Part shown: positions 18,250 to 25,970 of the stretch, piece after piece | Position numbering within the stretch: the first letter of the stretch is position 1 | How the letters are laid out: every line of letters begins with the position of its first letter | Virus record (IMG/VR): IMGVR_UViG_3300025164_000436 | Location: 1 to 30,098 of that record | Source: a virus | Lineage: Duplodnaviria > Caudoviricetes | Direction: 5' to 3' (one strand) | DNA length: 30,098 nucleotides | Notes under the pieces: generated by a model | Told to the model about the DNA's origin: nothing | The model's database searches: none | What the model saw: the letters and a program-made list of their open reading frames with translations, nothing else | Position numbers and translations under genes: made by a program

Positions 18250-19904
18250 GCTGGAATAAACAAGTGACGTGCGATTCCATCACGTGGAACATTCTGGAGA
18301 TTCGTACCTGTCCCGAGAATTGAGCGTGTGCTACTCCACCGATTGGAATCTGTACCACCCTGTTTATAGTGCGTGTGCATTCGATTGTCTGGGCCAAGCT
18401 TTTGGTCCACAATGTCTCCTTTAAGATCAAGTGTTTGTCTTAGCTCTTGTATCCACAATAAGACCTCGTCTCGCGTCTGCTCGGCAAACACACGCAGCGT
18501 TTCCTTATCGGCGGTGGGGCGTTTTGTCTTTCTGTTCACACGGACCTTGAGGCCCTTATTTTTGTAGAGAAGCGTGGTCATTTGCTTTGGACTGTTTACA
18601 TTTAGAGAATAACCGAGCTTTTGGTCAATGCGGTCTTGCAACTCCGCGGCGCGCGCTGTGAGTTCGACACGCGCAAGTTCGCGTTTCTCGAGATTGATCG
18701 CTACGCCGAACCACTCCATTCTTGCAGAATGAATGAACGGGCGTTGGTGAAATTCGCAATAAAAGTCCCACAAGCCTTCGGCTTGTGCTTCTTCCTGTAG
18801 TTTGAAGGCACACTCAAGAGTGACCATGACATCCATACAGTTGTATCGCCAAAAAGCATGATCGCCAAGGTGGGGAGACCATCGACGCCCATCATCTTTG
18901 TAGTATGGAGTTTTTGTGTACTGTGAGTTTATGAAGGCAAGGGAATGACCGGGTTCATCTTTTCGGGACTTTCGTCCCCAAACATCCTCTGTTCCGCCGA
19001 AATCAGGATACAAAGTATGGTGCAGGAGCATTGTGTCGATCCACATACGGGCAGGGTAAATTCGATGGAGCCAGAAGTAAATCCACTCAAAAGAGAGGTT
19101 TTGACCAACTTTTCTAAGGCCGGGTTTCTGCAGAAGTCGAGCAAGTTCTCGCCAAATGCGAGACTCTTCGGGCACGCCCCAATAAGGGCCTCCGCCAGAC
19201 CTGACAAACGGGATGCAGAGTGCTTCGTTAGGAGTATATCCAATTCCGACACAAGCAATTTCACCTGCGCCACTCTCTGTGTAGCCCTGCACCTCAATGT
19301 CAACTGATAAGATATCATGTTTGTGGCACTCCTGTATGTAATCAAGCACGGTGTTAAGAGAGGGTCCTGTGATAGCATTGCGAGTAGGAAGGTTAATCTC
19401 TGGTGAAGCTGCCTCGGCAACGGCGCGCGCCAAATCGATATGTGTAAAGACAGGTTCCCACTTCCACATTCCTCGAACTATCCATGCAGGATGTACCGTT
19501 GGCACACATTTCAGCCCTGGGATGAGCGTGGATGATAAGATACTGCCACGCCATTTTTGAATACCACGAAGGTTACACAGGAAATAGAGAGGCTCGTCTC
19601 CCAGGGGGACGACGACATTTGGCCTGACCTTCTCCAACTCAGCTCGAAGGCGCGCGAGCGAGGTCGTAAGAGTCCCTTGCGGTAAACTAAAAAGAGACGT
19701 CCCAGGTGCCAGAAACGAGTCGTGTATGTTGGTGACATAAACATCCTTTCGTGAGACACCTATCTGTGAGAGAGCTTTGTCAAGGATGCGTCCAGCAGAT
19801 CCTGTAAATGGGACGCCCGTTCGTATCTCTTCGCTTGCAGGGGCCATTCCGACAAATGCGATCTTCGCATTTAGAGGACCAGAAGGTCGGACTTGCGTTG
19901 TCAT
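18246..19904 (-). CDS. polA: UDG-like domain + 3'-5' exonuclease + N-terminal part of family A polymerase
   Basis: Family-4 UDG-like GMAPA..PFTGSAG..TN..LG..HPA; ExoI VDIE, ExoII GQNLSFE, ExoIII YNCMD; NVNSPKQ, RWSS, NLQNVP..RHLFIPA*. Confidence 0.9.
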   Translation of the reverse strand: MTTQVRPSGPLNAKIAFVGMAPASEEIRTGVPFTGSAGRILDKALSQIGVSRKDVYVTNIHDSFLAPGTSLFSLPQGTLTTSLARLRAELEKVRPNVVVPLGDEPLYFLCNLRGIQKWRGSILSSTLIPGLKCVPTVHPAWIVRGMWKWEPVFTHIDLARAVAEAASPEINLPTRNAITGPSLNTVLDYIQECHKHDILSVDIEVQGYTESGAGEIACVGIGYTPNEALCIPFVRSGGGPYWGVPEESRIWRELARLLQKPGLRKVGQNLSFEWIYFWLHRIYPARMWIDTMLLHHTLYPDFGGTEDVWGRKSRKDEPGHSLAFINSQYTKTPYYKDDGRRWSPHLGDHAFWRYNCMDVMVTLECAFKLQEEAQAEGLWDFYCEFHQRPFIHSARMEWFGVAINLEKRELARVELTARAAELQDRIDQKLGYSLNVNSPKQMTTLLYKNKGLKVRVNRKTKRPTADKETLRVFAEQTRDEVLLWIQELRQTLDLKGDIVDQKLGPDNRMHTHYKQGGTDSNRWSSTRSILGTGTNLQNVPRDGIARHLFIPA

Positions 19905-20053
19905 CTATTCTCCATGCGTTTTGTGTGGCGTACGCGGCGCCGCATTGATTCTTGGTGCTGGCGCAAACGTTGCGCGCAACTCTTAGAGCAACACGTAGCG
20001 TACGCTAGTTGGCCACACCACATACATGCGTTAGTCTTCTTCAACTTCCTCAT
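19901..20053 (-). CDS. Small basic zinc-finger-like protein
   Basis: Likely start at ATG 20053; CMWC..CCSKSC then an Arg-rich helix; ATGA overlap with the polymerase gene. Confidence 0.55.
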   Translation of the reverse strand: MRKLKKTNACMWCGQLAYATCCSKSCAQRLRQHQESMRRRVRHTKRMENR

Positions 20054-21317
20054 CTTTCCGTTCCTCGAGACTTCGTAACCTTTCCAAGCTCTTTGTATAG
20101 TGTACAGCGTCTTGCTCACATCCGATGTAGTAGCGACCAAGACCGAAAGCTGCGGCGAGCGTGCTTCCTCCACCACTGAAAGGGTCTAGAACGATCTCAT
20201 TTACCTCGCTTGAGCTCTCTATCCATTTTCCGAGCATCTCTGTTGGCTTTGAGTTTTCGTGCCAGATTGTAGGTTCACGTGGCCAACCTTGTGCTTCTGG
20301 CACAGCGCGAGAAAAGAGTCGACGAATGTCATTAGCGCCAGGTTTGAAGGCCCACAGAATACTTTCGTACACGGGGAGAAAAGATGAGTAGGTGTCAGTG
20401 ATCCCTATCTGCCCCGTCTTAAACCAGATGAGTGGGCGCTGTCGTACTATAAAGCCCGCCTCGGTCATGAGTGAAACCCACCACTGTGCCTCTTGTATTG
20501 GAAAAAACGTGTAGAGATGACAAGTAGGTTTCAATACGCGATAGAGGAGTGGGAACGCACACGTCAGCGTGGCACGAACAGTCTCTTCCCTATCGTCATA
20601 ACTACCAATCCAGTGAGTCGTCCACTGTGAGGCTTTGTCGAAATTGATGCCCCAAGGTGGATCTGTGACGACGAGGTCGACAGAGTTTTCGGACATCTCC
20701 CGCAAGATGTCTAAACAACTCGCGTTGTAGATTACCCCCCCGGTTGTGGCTACTAAATGATCCGAGGTTACGCCAAGATCAACAGCGCGACGGCGAGCGA
20801 GCTCTCTTACGAGGATAAGCTCCCTTTCGCGCTTGACGGTCGTGAGTGCTCCACGGCGCGAGGGTCGATCGACAACTCTCGTGTTGTCCAACGCAGATGC
20901 AAGAAGGAGGTCTTCCGACACTTTCCCAATGCTGATGCCGAGGGTTCGGGCTGTGTCAGAAGCACTCCAGTTCCCTTCCGTTGCTTTCTTAAGCTCGTGG
21001 ATCTCTTTGATGGCACGGGCGGCCTCCTGCCAAGTTAATTGTAAACGCTTGGAGTTCTCGTCAAATTCTACGATCTTCTGTGTGAGGGGATCGAGGTCTT
21101 CAAAATACTCTGCCCGAATGGCAGACCAGGAAAGGCGGCGTGCTGCCTCTAGGCGACGCCGACCAGCAATCAATCTGTGTGTGCGGTCAACAACGATCGG
21201 TGTGATTTGACCAACGTTTTTGAACGACTCGATCAGCTCGAGAAGAGACTCCTCGCCCAGGTCTGTGCGGACGCGAGTTGTATCGTCGAATTTGATTTCC
21301 GACAAAAGGATCTCCAA
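20031..21317 (-). CDS. ParB/Srx-HTH-DNA methyltransferase fusion (N4/N6, beta-class motif order)
   Basis: GQITPIVV..LIAGRRRLEA (ParB), TARTLGISIGKVS (HTH), DLVVTDPPW, KP, VLDPFSGGGST; AAAGGAG SD and TTG start. Confidence 0.85.
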   Translation of the reverse strand: MEILLSEIKFDDTTRVRTDLGEESLLELIESFKNVGQITPIVVDRTHRLIAGRRRLEAARRLSWSAIRAEYFEDLDPLTQKIVEFDENSKRLQLTWQEAARAIKEIHELKKATEGNWSASDTARTLGISIGKVSEDLLLASALDNTRVVDRPSRRGALTTVKRERELILVRELARRRAVDLGVTSDHLVATTGGVIYNASCLDILREMSENSVDLVVTDPPWGINFDKASQWTTHWIGSYDDREETVRATLTCAFPLLYRVLKPTCHLYTFFPIQEAQWWVSLMTEAGFIVRQRPLIWFKTGQIGITDTYSSFLPVYESILWAFKPGANDIRRLFSRAVPEAQGWPREPTIWHENSKPTEMLGKWIESSSEVNEIVLDPFSGGGSTLAAAFGLGRYYIGCEQDAVHYTKSLERLRSLEERKDEEVEED

Positions 21318-21321
21318 AGGT

Positions 21322-21560
21322 CACTCCTTTCAGCGGGTGAAGGAAGTGTGGCGCGGGAGCGGTTCTTTGGAAAGCGGCCAGTCGACCGAGGCAATCTCAA
21401 GGGAGATTCCATAAGTCCTGACGGCGATCTGTCCTCTCCCGCGCCACACATTGTGAGAGACGCACGCGTCACACGACGCTTTCCTACCCCAAAAATAGGC
21501 GGACGATTTGTCCTCTTAAGTAGAGGTTATTTGTCGCCCCTTTTGCTGTATGCGTCTCTC
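21322..21560 (-). ncRNA. Candidate structured RNA leader (or DNA secondary-structure element)
   Basis: Perfect 14-bp (21346-21359/21436-21449) and 10-bp (21455-21464/21551-21560) inverted repeats, nested hairpins and an SD-sequestering hairpin at 21322-21348. Confidence 0.5.
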
Positions 21561-21961
21561 TAGATGAGCCAGTCCTTCACGCGAGAGGACTTGCGCCCCT
21601 GGTACTCCTCTGTCTGAACGGTGAACTGTCCCTCGCAGCCGAGCGCATCATTGGGATCGAAGCCCTCATCGTCAACCGGCACGCGAAATGCCTTGACGAA
21701 GCGAGCAAACTGAAGCTCGAGTTCGCTGTTGGGGATCAGACCCGCCGAGGGAATCATCATGTAGTTGACGAACGCCGCGCGCCCTTGAAAGACACCCGGC
21801 TCTAGGATCTCGATGCGAATGTTTGTTAGATACAGATTACCGTTCTTGTCTCGTTCGTCCGCGAGTTTGCACGAACGGCAGATGCCTGTATAGACAATAC
21901 CTTCGTCAAGAGGTGGGAGTTCGGTGGGAAGCGAATCCATGGAGACAGGGATCTTAGGCAT
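21560..21961 (-). CDS. Single-stranded DNA-binding protein (DUF669-like)
   Basis: GAGGAG SD and start MPKIP; PPLDEG.Y, KNGNLYL, EEYQGRKSSRV; directly downstream of the Sak4-like gene. Confidence 0.65.
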   Translation of the reverse strand: MPKIPVSMDSLPTELPPLDEGIVYTGICRSCKLADERDKNGNLYLTNIRIEILEPGVFQGRAAFVNYMMIPSAGLIPNSELELQFARFVKAFRVPVDDEGFDPNDALGCEGQFTVQTEEYQGRKSSRVKDWLI

Positions 21962-22023
21962 TTGTGTTACTCCTCGGTTAGGGTTTCCGGTTTCGATCCA
22001 ATTGATCAAACGACGTTGATAGT

Positions 22024-22848
22024 TCACCTCCATTCCGCGGCCCCCCAAATTTTCCTAAAGTCGGGCTCAAACTCTAGGACGCCGCGTGTGTCAAAGGAGC
22101 AGCGAAGGTCACGTTGATTGTCAGGGTGGACTCGACAGACCCACCGCGGCGCCTTGTCTCGCTCAGCCTCAACACGTAGCCCATAGACATCGGTAAAGTA
22201 TGATCCAAATTCAAGGCCGAAAGCTCCCTCAATACTACCTGCAATGCGGACGTCCATTGTACCGATGTACTCACGCGTTTTCTCACCCTTCCCTCCTGTA
22301 CTGACAATAACCTTACCTGTTTGAGATCCGGGTTTCTCACTCACACGCTCATGGAGAATGACAATAAGATGTTTATCATTCGCGAGAGCGTAGTCAACGA
22401 GGATTGTCGTGACCTCAGTCCACATAGCCTTCCATGTGGACCAATCATCCCACGCAAATTTGCTTTTGCTTCGCAGATGTTGGATGTGGGCTCGCATATG
22501 CAACGCGAGTTGTGTGTAACTGTCTACGACAAGTGTGCGGGCCTTGCGAGCTTGCTCGTCTGTCTCGAGTTGTCCGCAGTAGTTGGCAAAGTTCGACCAA
22601 CCCCGTGGCGGGCGCGTGCTTTTTTCATCTTTGACGAGTGCTTCGAGTCGTTTCGCAAGAGAATCCTCACTGATCGTCTCACCAACCTCGCGATACGTAA
22701 GCGCGCCGGTCTCAATGACTTTCCGTAGGGTAGCCATGTTACGAACCTTGCGATCCACGTCAATGACGTGGACTGGCGGGGGAGCTGTGAGGCAAGCCAT
22801 TGTGGACTTACCGGCACCGGGTGGACCCATGAGTGCGATGCTTGACAT
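22024..22848 (-). CDS. AAA_24 / Sak4-like ATPase (ssDNA annealing recombinase)
   Basis: Walker A GPPGAGKS, VIDVD, LVVDS (Walker B), ILHE; lies between the nuclease and SSB genes. Confidence 0.8.
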   Translation of the reverse strand: MSSIALMGPPGAGKSTMACLTAPPPVHVIDVDRKVRNMATLRKVIETGALTYREVGETISEDSLAKRLEALVKDEKSTRPPRGWSNFANYCGQLETDEQARKARTLVVDSYTQLALHMRAHIQHLRSKSKFAWDDWSTWKAMWTEVTTILVDYALANDKHLIVILHERVSEKPGSQTGKVIVSTGGKGEKTREYIGTMDVRIAGSIEGAFGLEFGSYFTDVYGLRVEAERDKAPRWVCRVHPDNQRDLRCSFDTRGVLEFEPDFRKIWGAAEWR

Positions 22849-22873
22849 CGTGCTCTCCTATAGTAGTGAAGGG

Positions 22874-23866
22874 TTATTTGATAGGACGGAATCTCGTAAG
22901 ACCCTGGATAGGTGCCCACGGCTTCACCTCGTATTTTGATTGTAGAATTGTTGGATTGAGGTTTGACGCACAGATATCACGGAAGTGACATCCTCCATAC
23001 ATGTAGCACGCTGCCGGTGCGTTACGATGCCACCTCCGTAAACCAGAGACGTGAAGGTCAAGAAATTCGACGGTGGCGAGCTTGAGATCGTAGAGAAACT
23101 CGGCAATGTCTAGAGACGAACGTCGCGCCTCGATCCTTCCAAAGTCTTTCTCAGGATCGATGCCATTGGGAAACTTTCCGCCGATCTTGCGATCAGAAAC
23201 GTGGATGACGTCGAGAATCATGCCAGCGACATCAAGATTTAACAATTCGTGACAGGCCCATTTGTAACCCGTAAGTTGGTGATTTGGACGAATCTGTTGC
23301 GTGTAGTGACTCACGTTAGAACCTGTGGTTTTCGTTTCCCATCCATAGAGTTGGTTGTCTACACGGTTGCGGCGGATACGGTCAATCTTGCCTGCGTAGA
23401 CAATTGGGTGACCTTGCCACTCCATGAAATAGATAGCGAAACCTATCTCAATATAGGGTTCGTTGGTGTCGGGGCGTATAACATCCTCCCAATTAATGTC
23501 GGTTGACGCCCATTTATCAATATAGGCGTCGATGAGATAGAGGCCGCGCTCTACGGATCGCTTCTCTTCACTATCAGCTGACAGAGGAAGAACGTCCGGG
23601 CCTTCCTCGCGAACTTCCTTGAGAAAGGCTTTTCGTGCGGCGTTTCGCGCTTCCTCAGTGGGAATGTGTTGAGCGCACGCATTGTAAAATGCAGCAACCG
23701 CAGCGTGGAAGGCACTTCCAAAGACAAGGGGAGGCGAGCCATCACGTGGTTGTAGATGCTCGACATATGCCAATCTGCCCTTCTCACGACAGGTTGCGAA
23801 CGTTGAGAGTGTTGAGTGATCCACGAAAATCACATTGTCGGGTGCTATTCCTACTACCCCTGTCAT
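22874..23866 (-). CDS. PD-(D/E)XK exonuclease, Cas4/AddB-like with probable Fe-S cysteines
   Basis: FATC, FGSAFH, GKIDRI, ETKTT, QLTGY and C-terminal CYMYGGCHFRDIC. Confidence 0.85.
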   Translation of the reverse strand: MTGVVGIAPDNVIFVDHSTLSTFATCREKGRLAYVEHLQPRDGSPPLVFGSAFHAAVAAFYNACAQHIPTEEARNAARKAFLKEVREEGPDVLPLSADSEEKRSVERGLYLIDAYIDKWASTDINWEDVIRPDTNEPYIEIGFAIYFMEWQGHPIVYAGKIDRIRRNRVDNQLYGWETKTTGSNVSHYTQQIRPNHQLTGYKWACHELLNLDVAGMILDVIHVSDRKIGGKFPNGIDPEKDFGRIEARRSSLDIAEFLYDLKLATVEFLDLHVSGLRRWHRNAPAACYMYGGCHFRDICASNLNPTILQSKYEVKPWAPIQGLTRFRPIK

Positions 23867-24060
23867 GTCTCTTTCTCCTCCTCGTCATCAGCAAATAAGT
23901 CGTCAAGAATGGCTTTCTGCCTGACACTTTGTGACGGCTCGCCCGGTTTCTTCGCGAGATTTGTGCGCCGAGTCTGAGCCTGAGCGCGGCGTTCTCGCAG
24001 AGCGCGAATCTCGGCGATGATCTCTTCATCGGTCATTTCTGTGAGCGATTTGTCAGACAC
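23863..24060 (-). CDS. Small hypothetical protein with acidic tail
   Basis: GGGAGGT SD with GTG at 24060; EMTDEEI..IRALRERR..QKAILDDLFADDEEEKET. Confidence 0.65.
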   Translation of the reverse strand: MSDKSLTEMTDEEIIAEIRALRERRAQAQTRRTNLAKKPGEPSQSVRQKAILDDLFADDEEEKET

Positions 24061-24340
24061 TTGTGTTACCTCCCGCTTTGACTCTAGCTTCGTACCACTT
24101 GTCATCTTTATTGAAAACTATAGGCATATGCTTTGGACTGGGTGAGTGCATGATCGTCTGCATCCACTTCCGCGCGGCGGCGACGAGTTCATCGGGGCAC
24201 CGCTCGAATGATGTGTGCTCGTGCGCGAAGGCGCCATCAGGTGCGCGGAATCTACAGACGGTACAGCGTAGCGGCACCGCCAGCAGCGCGGCTTCGAGGG
24301 AGTCAGTCGACGGGGTCATCGTTCCCGCCCGATCAGGCAT
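24053..24340 (-). CDS. Hypothetical protein (CxxC..H..C), possibly chimeric at the GC-island edge
   Basis: AGGAGGG SD with ATG at 24340; base composition changes near 24155. Confidence 0.5.
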   Translation of the reverse strand: MPDRAGTMTPSTDSLEAALLAVPLRCTVCRFRAPDGAFAHEHTSFERCPDELVAAARKWMQTIMHSPSPKHMPIVFNKDDKWYEARVKAGGNTSV

Positions 24341-24620
24341 GCTTCCCTCCTCTCGCCCGGATGGCGGCGGCTGAACATCTCGACGCCTCGTGCCACCACA
24401 TCGGACGCGGGTCGGACTGGTGCTCGGGCGTACTCCCGTTCGCGCACCTGGTACAAACGTCCTCGCAGCACGCCTCCCGCTCCTCCCGCCTTGCCTCCTC
24501 GGCGTAGGCGCGGAGGGCGGTAGCAAGCAGATCATAGGTGCCTGTAGGAGTGAGAGGGGTTTCCGCGTAACACAACTGCTTTGTCAATTCCCGCGCCAGT
24601 TCGTCCGCTCGGTCGGTCAT
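24333..24620 (-). CDS. Hypothetical phage protein (EREAC..AAAIRAR type)
   Basis: 95 aa; overlaps both neighbouring genes; Cys-containing motif common in small phage genes. Confidence 0.65.
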   Translation of the reverse strand: MTDRADELARELTKQLCYAETPLTPTGTYDLLATALRAYAEEARREEREACCEDVCTRCANGSTPEHQSDPRPMWWHEASRCSAAAIRARGGKHA

Positions 24621-24778
24621 GGCTTCCTCTTCTTGGCAGCCGGCCGATGATCCTCGACGACGATCAGGTCCGCGATGAGGACGATGTTCACTGGCATCGC
24701 CGCTGGCGAGGCAACCTGGACATAATCGTAGCGCCCGTCAGCCGTCTTCGTAATCGTGATCGTGAGCTTGCCGATCAT
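24617..24778 (-). CDS. Hypothetical protein
   Basis: GAGGGG SD and ATGA overlap; MIGKLTITITKTADG.. Confidence 0.6.
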   Translation of the reverse strand: MIGKLTITITKTADGRYDYVQVASPAAMPVNIVLIADLIVVEDHRPAAKKRKP

Positions 24779-25053
24779 GTCGTCCCCCTCACCGCCGCGA
24801 GGCGGGCGAGATAATGACACATCGCACACGGCGCAGAGTCCTCTTCGTCAAGATCCACGCCGACTCCATCGCAATGCTCGTGTTCTCGTGTTGCCGCCTT
24901 AACCACCGCCTCCCTCGCCTCCCACTCCTCACTGGCGAGGAGGGCGTCGGCGATGCCCTCCGCCTCGTCATCCAGGAGACTAGAATGAAACTTCTTCATA
25001 ACCGCGATCTTGGCTATCGTAACCAGCCGGGCGTGGAGCGCAGGGTTAGGCAT
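24775..25053 (-). CDS. Hypothetical protein (H..C..CxxC)
   Basis: GGGAGG SD; start MPNPAL at 25053. Confidence 0.6.
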   Translation of the reverse strand: MPNPALHARLVTIAKIAVMKKFHSSLLDDEAEGIADALLASEEWEAREAVVKAATREHEHCDGVGVDLDEEDSAPCAMCHYLARLAAVRGTT

Positions 25054-25173
25054 CGCGCTTCCTCCCTTTGACAATCGGCCGACCGCGCTTGTCACGCAGG
25101 GGGACGAGGGAGATCCGCACGCGGTAGAATGGGCCGTGCAATCTCGCCTGCTCGGCGTTCAATGGTCAGCCTC

Positions 25174-25383
25174 TCAGTCGTGATAGCCGCAGGCGTAGGC
25201 GTACTGCGCGGCGTAGAGCCGATCCGTGGAGTCGGGCACATGGCAGTCGCACCCGCACACGACGTGATGCCCGCCGAGCCGGCCGTCGTTGTAGTCCACC
25301 CACACATCGGCGGCACAGTCGTCGTGATCGTCGTGATCGTCAGTCCGGCATGGGTCGAACAGTCGGTAGACGGTGGTGTCCAT
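25174..25383 (-). CDS. Small Cys/His/Asp-rich protein
   Basis: AGGAGG SD; 69 aa MDTTVYRLFDPCRTDDHDDHDDC..CGCDCH..CGYHD. Confidence 0.6.
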   Translation of the reverse strand: MDTTVYRLFDPCRTDDHDDHDDCAADVWVDYNDGRLGGHHVVCGCDCHVPDSTDRLYAAQYAYACGYHD

Positions 25384-25385
25384 GG

Positions 25386-25583
25386 TCAGCCTCCTCGCGT
25401 GTTCGGTGCATGCGGGCCACGGCGTAACTCGGAGAGCCGATACTTGCGGATCAACCGCCAGACGGAGGTCCGCTGGAGTCCGAGCGCCCGAGCGGCCTGG
25501 GAGACGTTGCCGCCCGTGCTGGCGAGGGTGTGGGCCAGCACCGCGCGGCGGAAGCCGTCGACCTGCTCGGAGAACGTCGCCAT
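25386..25583 (-). CDS. Fis-family (HTH_8) DNA-binding protein
   Basis: LASTGGNVSQAARALGLQRTSVWRLIRKY matches the Fis/NtrC-type HTH; start at 25583 coupled to the upstream TGA. Confidence 0.8.
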   Translation of the reverse strand: MATFSEQVDGFRRAVLAHTLASTGGNVSQAARALGLQRTSVWRLIRKYRLSELRRGPHAPNTRGG

Positions 25584-25699
25584 CACGCCGCCAGGAGCGC
25601 CAGCACGACGCCCCACGCGAGGATCGCCCCCAGCGCCGGCGCGGCGGCCAGGAGGGCATCGCGGAGGGGGGCTTTCCCTCGCGCTCCGCGCCGGGCCAT
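25583..25699 (-). CDS. Possible 38-aa membrane peptide
   Basis: MARRGARGKAPLRDALLAAAPALGAILAWGVVLALLAA; TGATG coupling to the Fis-like gene; no clear SD. Confidence 0.4.
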   Translation of the reverse strand: MARRGARGKAPLRDALLAAAPALGAILAWGVVLALLAA

Positions 25700-25727
25700 G
25701 ATGGGCGCCCCAAGGAGGGACCAGCCG

Positions 25728-25937
25728 ATGCCCCAACCCGCGCTGCGCGACCCGCTCTTCCTCGCGTACTTCGACCTCTGGTGCCGGTATCGAGCGCTCA
25801 TCGCGCTGCTCGCCACGCACACCGGGCAGCCCGCAGAGCGGATCGAAACCGACGCCAGAGAGATCCGCCACGGTCTCTACCGCCTGGAGCGCCTGGACGA
25901 GGCGCTCGAGGCAATGTGGTCTCAACAGCTTTCATAA
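25728..25937 (+). CDS. Hypothetical helical protein, lone + strand gene in the early arm
   Basis: AAGGAGG SD at 25712-25718, ATG at 25728, strong GC3 codon bias. Confidence 0.55.
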   Translation: MPQPALRDPLFLAYFDLWCRYRALIALLATHTGQPAERIETDAREIRHGLYRLERLDEALEAMWSQQLS

Positions 25938-25970
25938 GCGCCCGTAGAGCAACAAAACTAATTGTATTTG

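Larger units (their letters stand above)
24155..25914. other. GC-rich inserted segment (phage mosaic module)
   Basis: Visibly much more GC-rich than both flanks; fairly sharp edges that fall inside ORFs. Confidence 0.6.

Noticed and set aside
20640-20680. DPPW as an MT-A70/METTL3-type RNA methyltransferase
   Set aside because: The surrounding motifs and downstream VLDPFSGGGST fit the beta-class N4/N6 DNA methyltransferases
21346-21449. tRNA, SRP RNA, 6S RNA, SAM-I riboswitch or HDV-like ribozyme
   Set aside because: No cloverleaf or T-loop; GUCAGG lacks the SRP AGCAG partner; short for 6S; GACUGGCC lacks the rest of the SAM-I core; the would-be P3 region is far too long for HDV-like. Kept as an unassigned structure
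22874-23866. Cas4 as evidence of a CRISPR-Cas system
   Set aside because: No repeat-spacer array or other cas genes are seen; the context is a phage recombination module
25068-25130. + strand sigma70 promoter from TTGACA (25068) and TAGAAT (25125)
   Set aside because: The boxes are about 51 nt apart, and neither has a partner at 16-18 nt spacing
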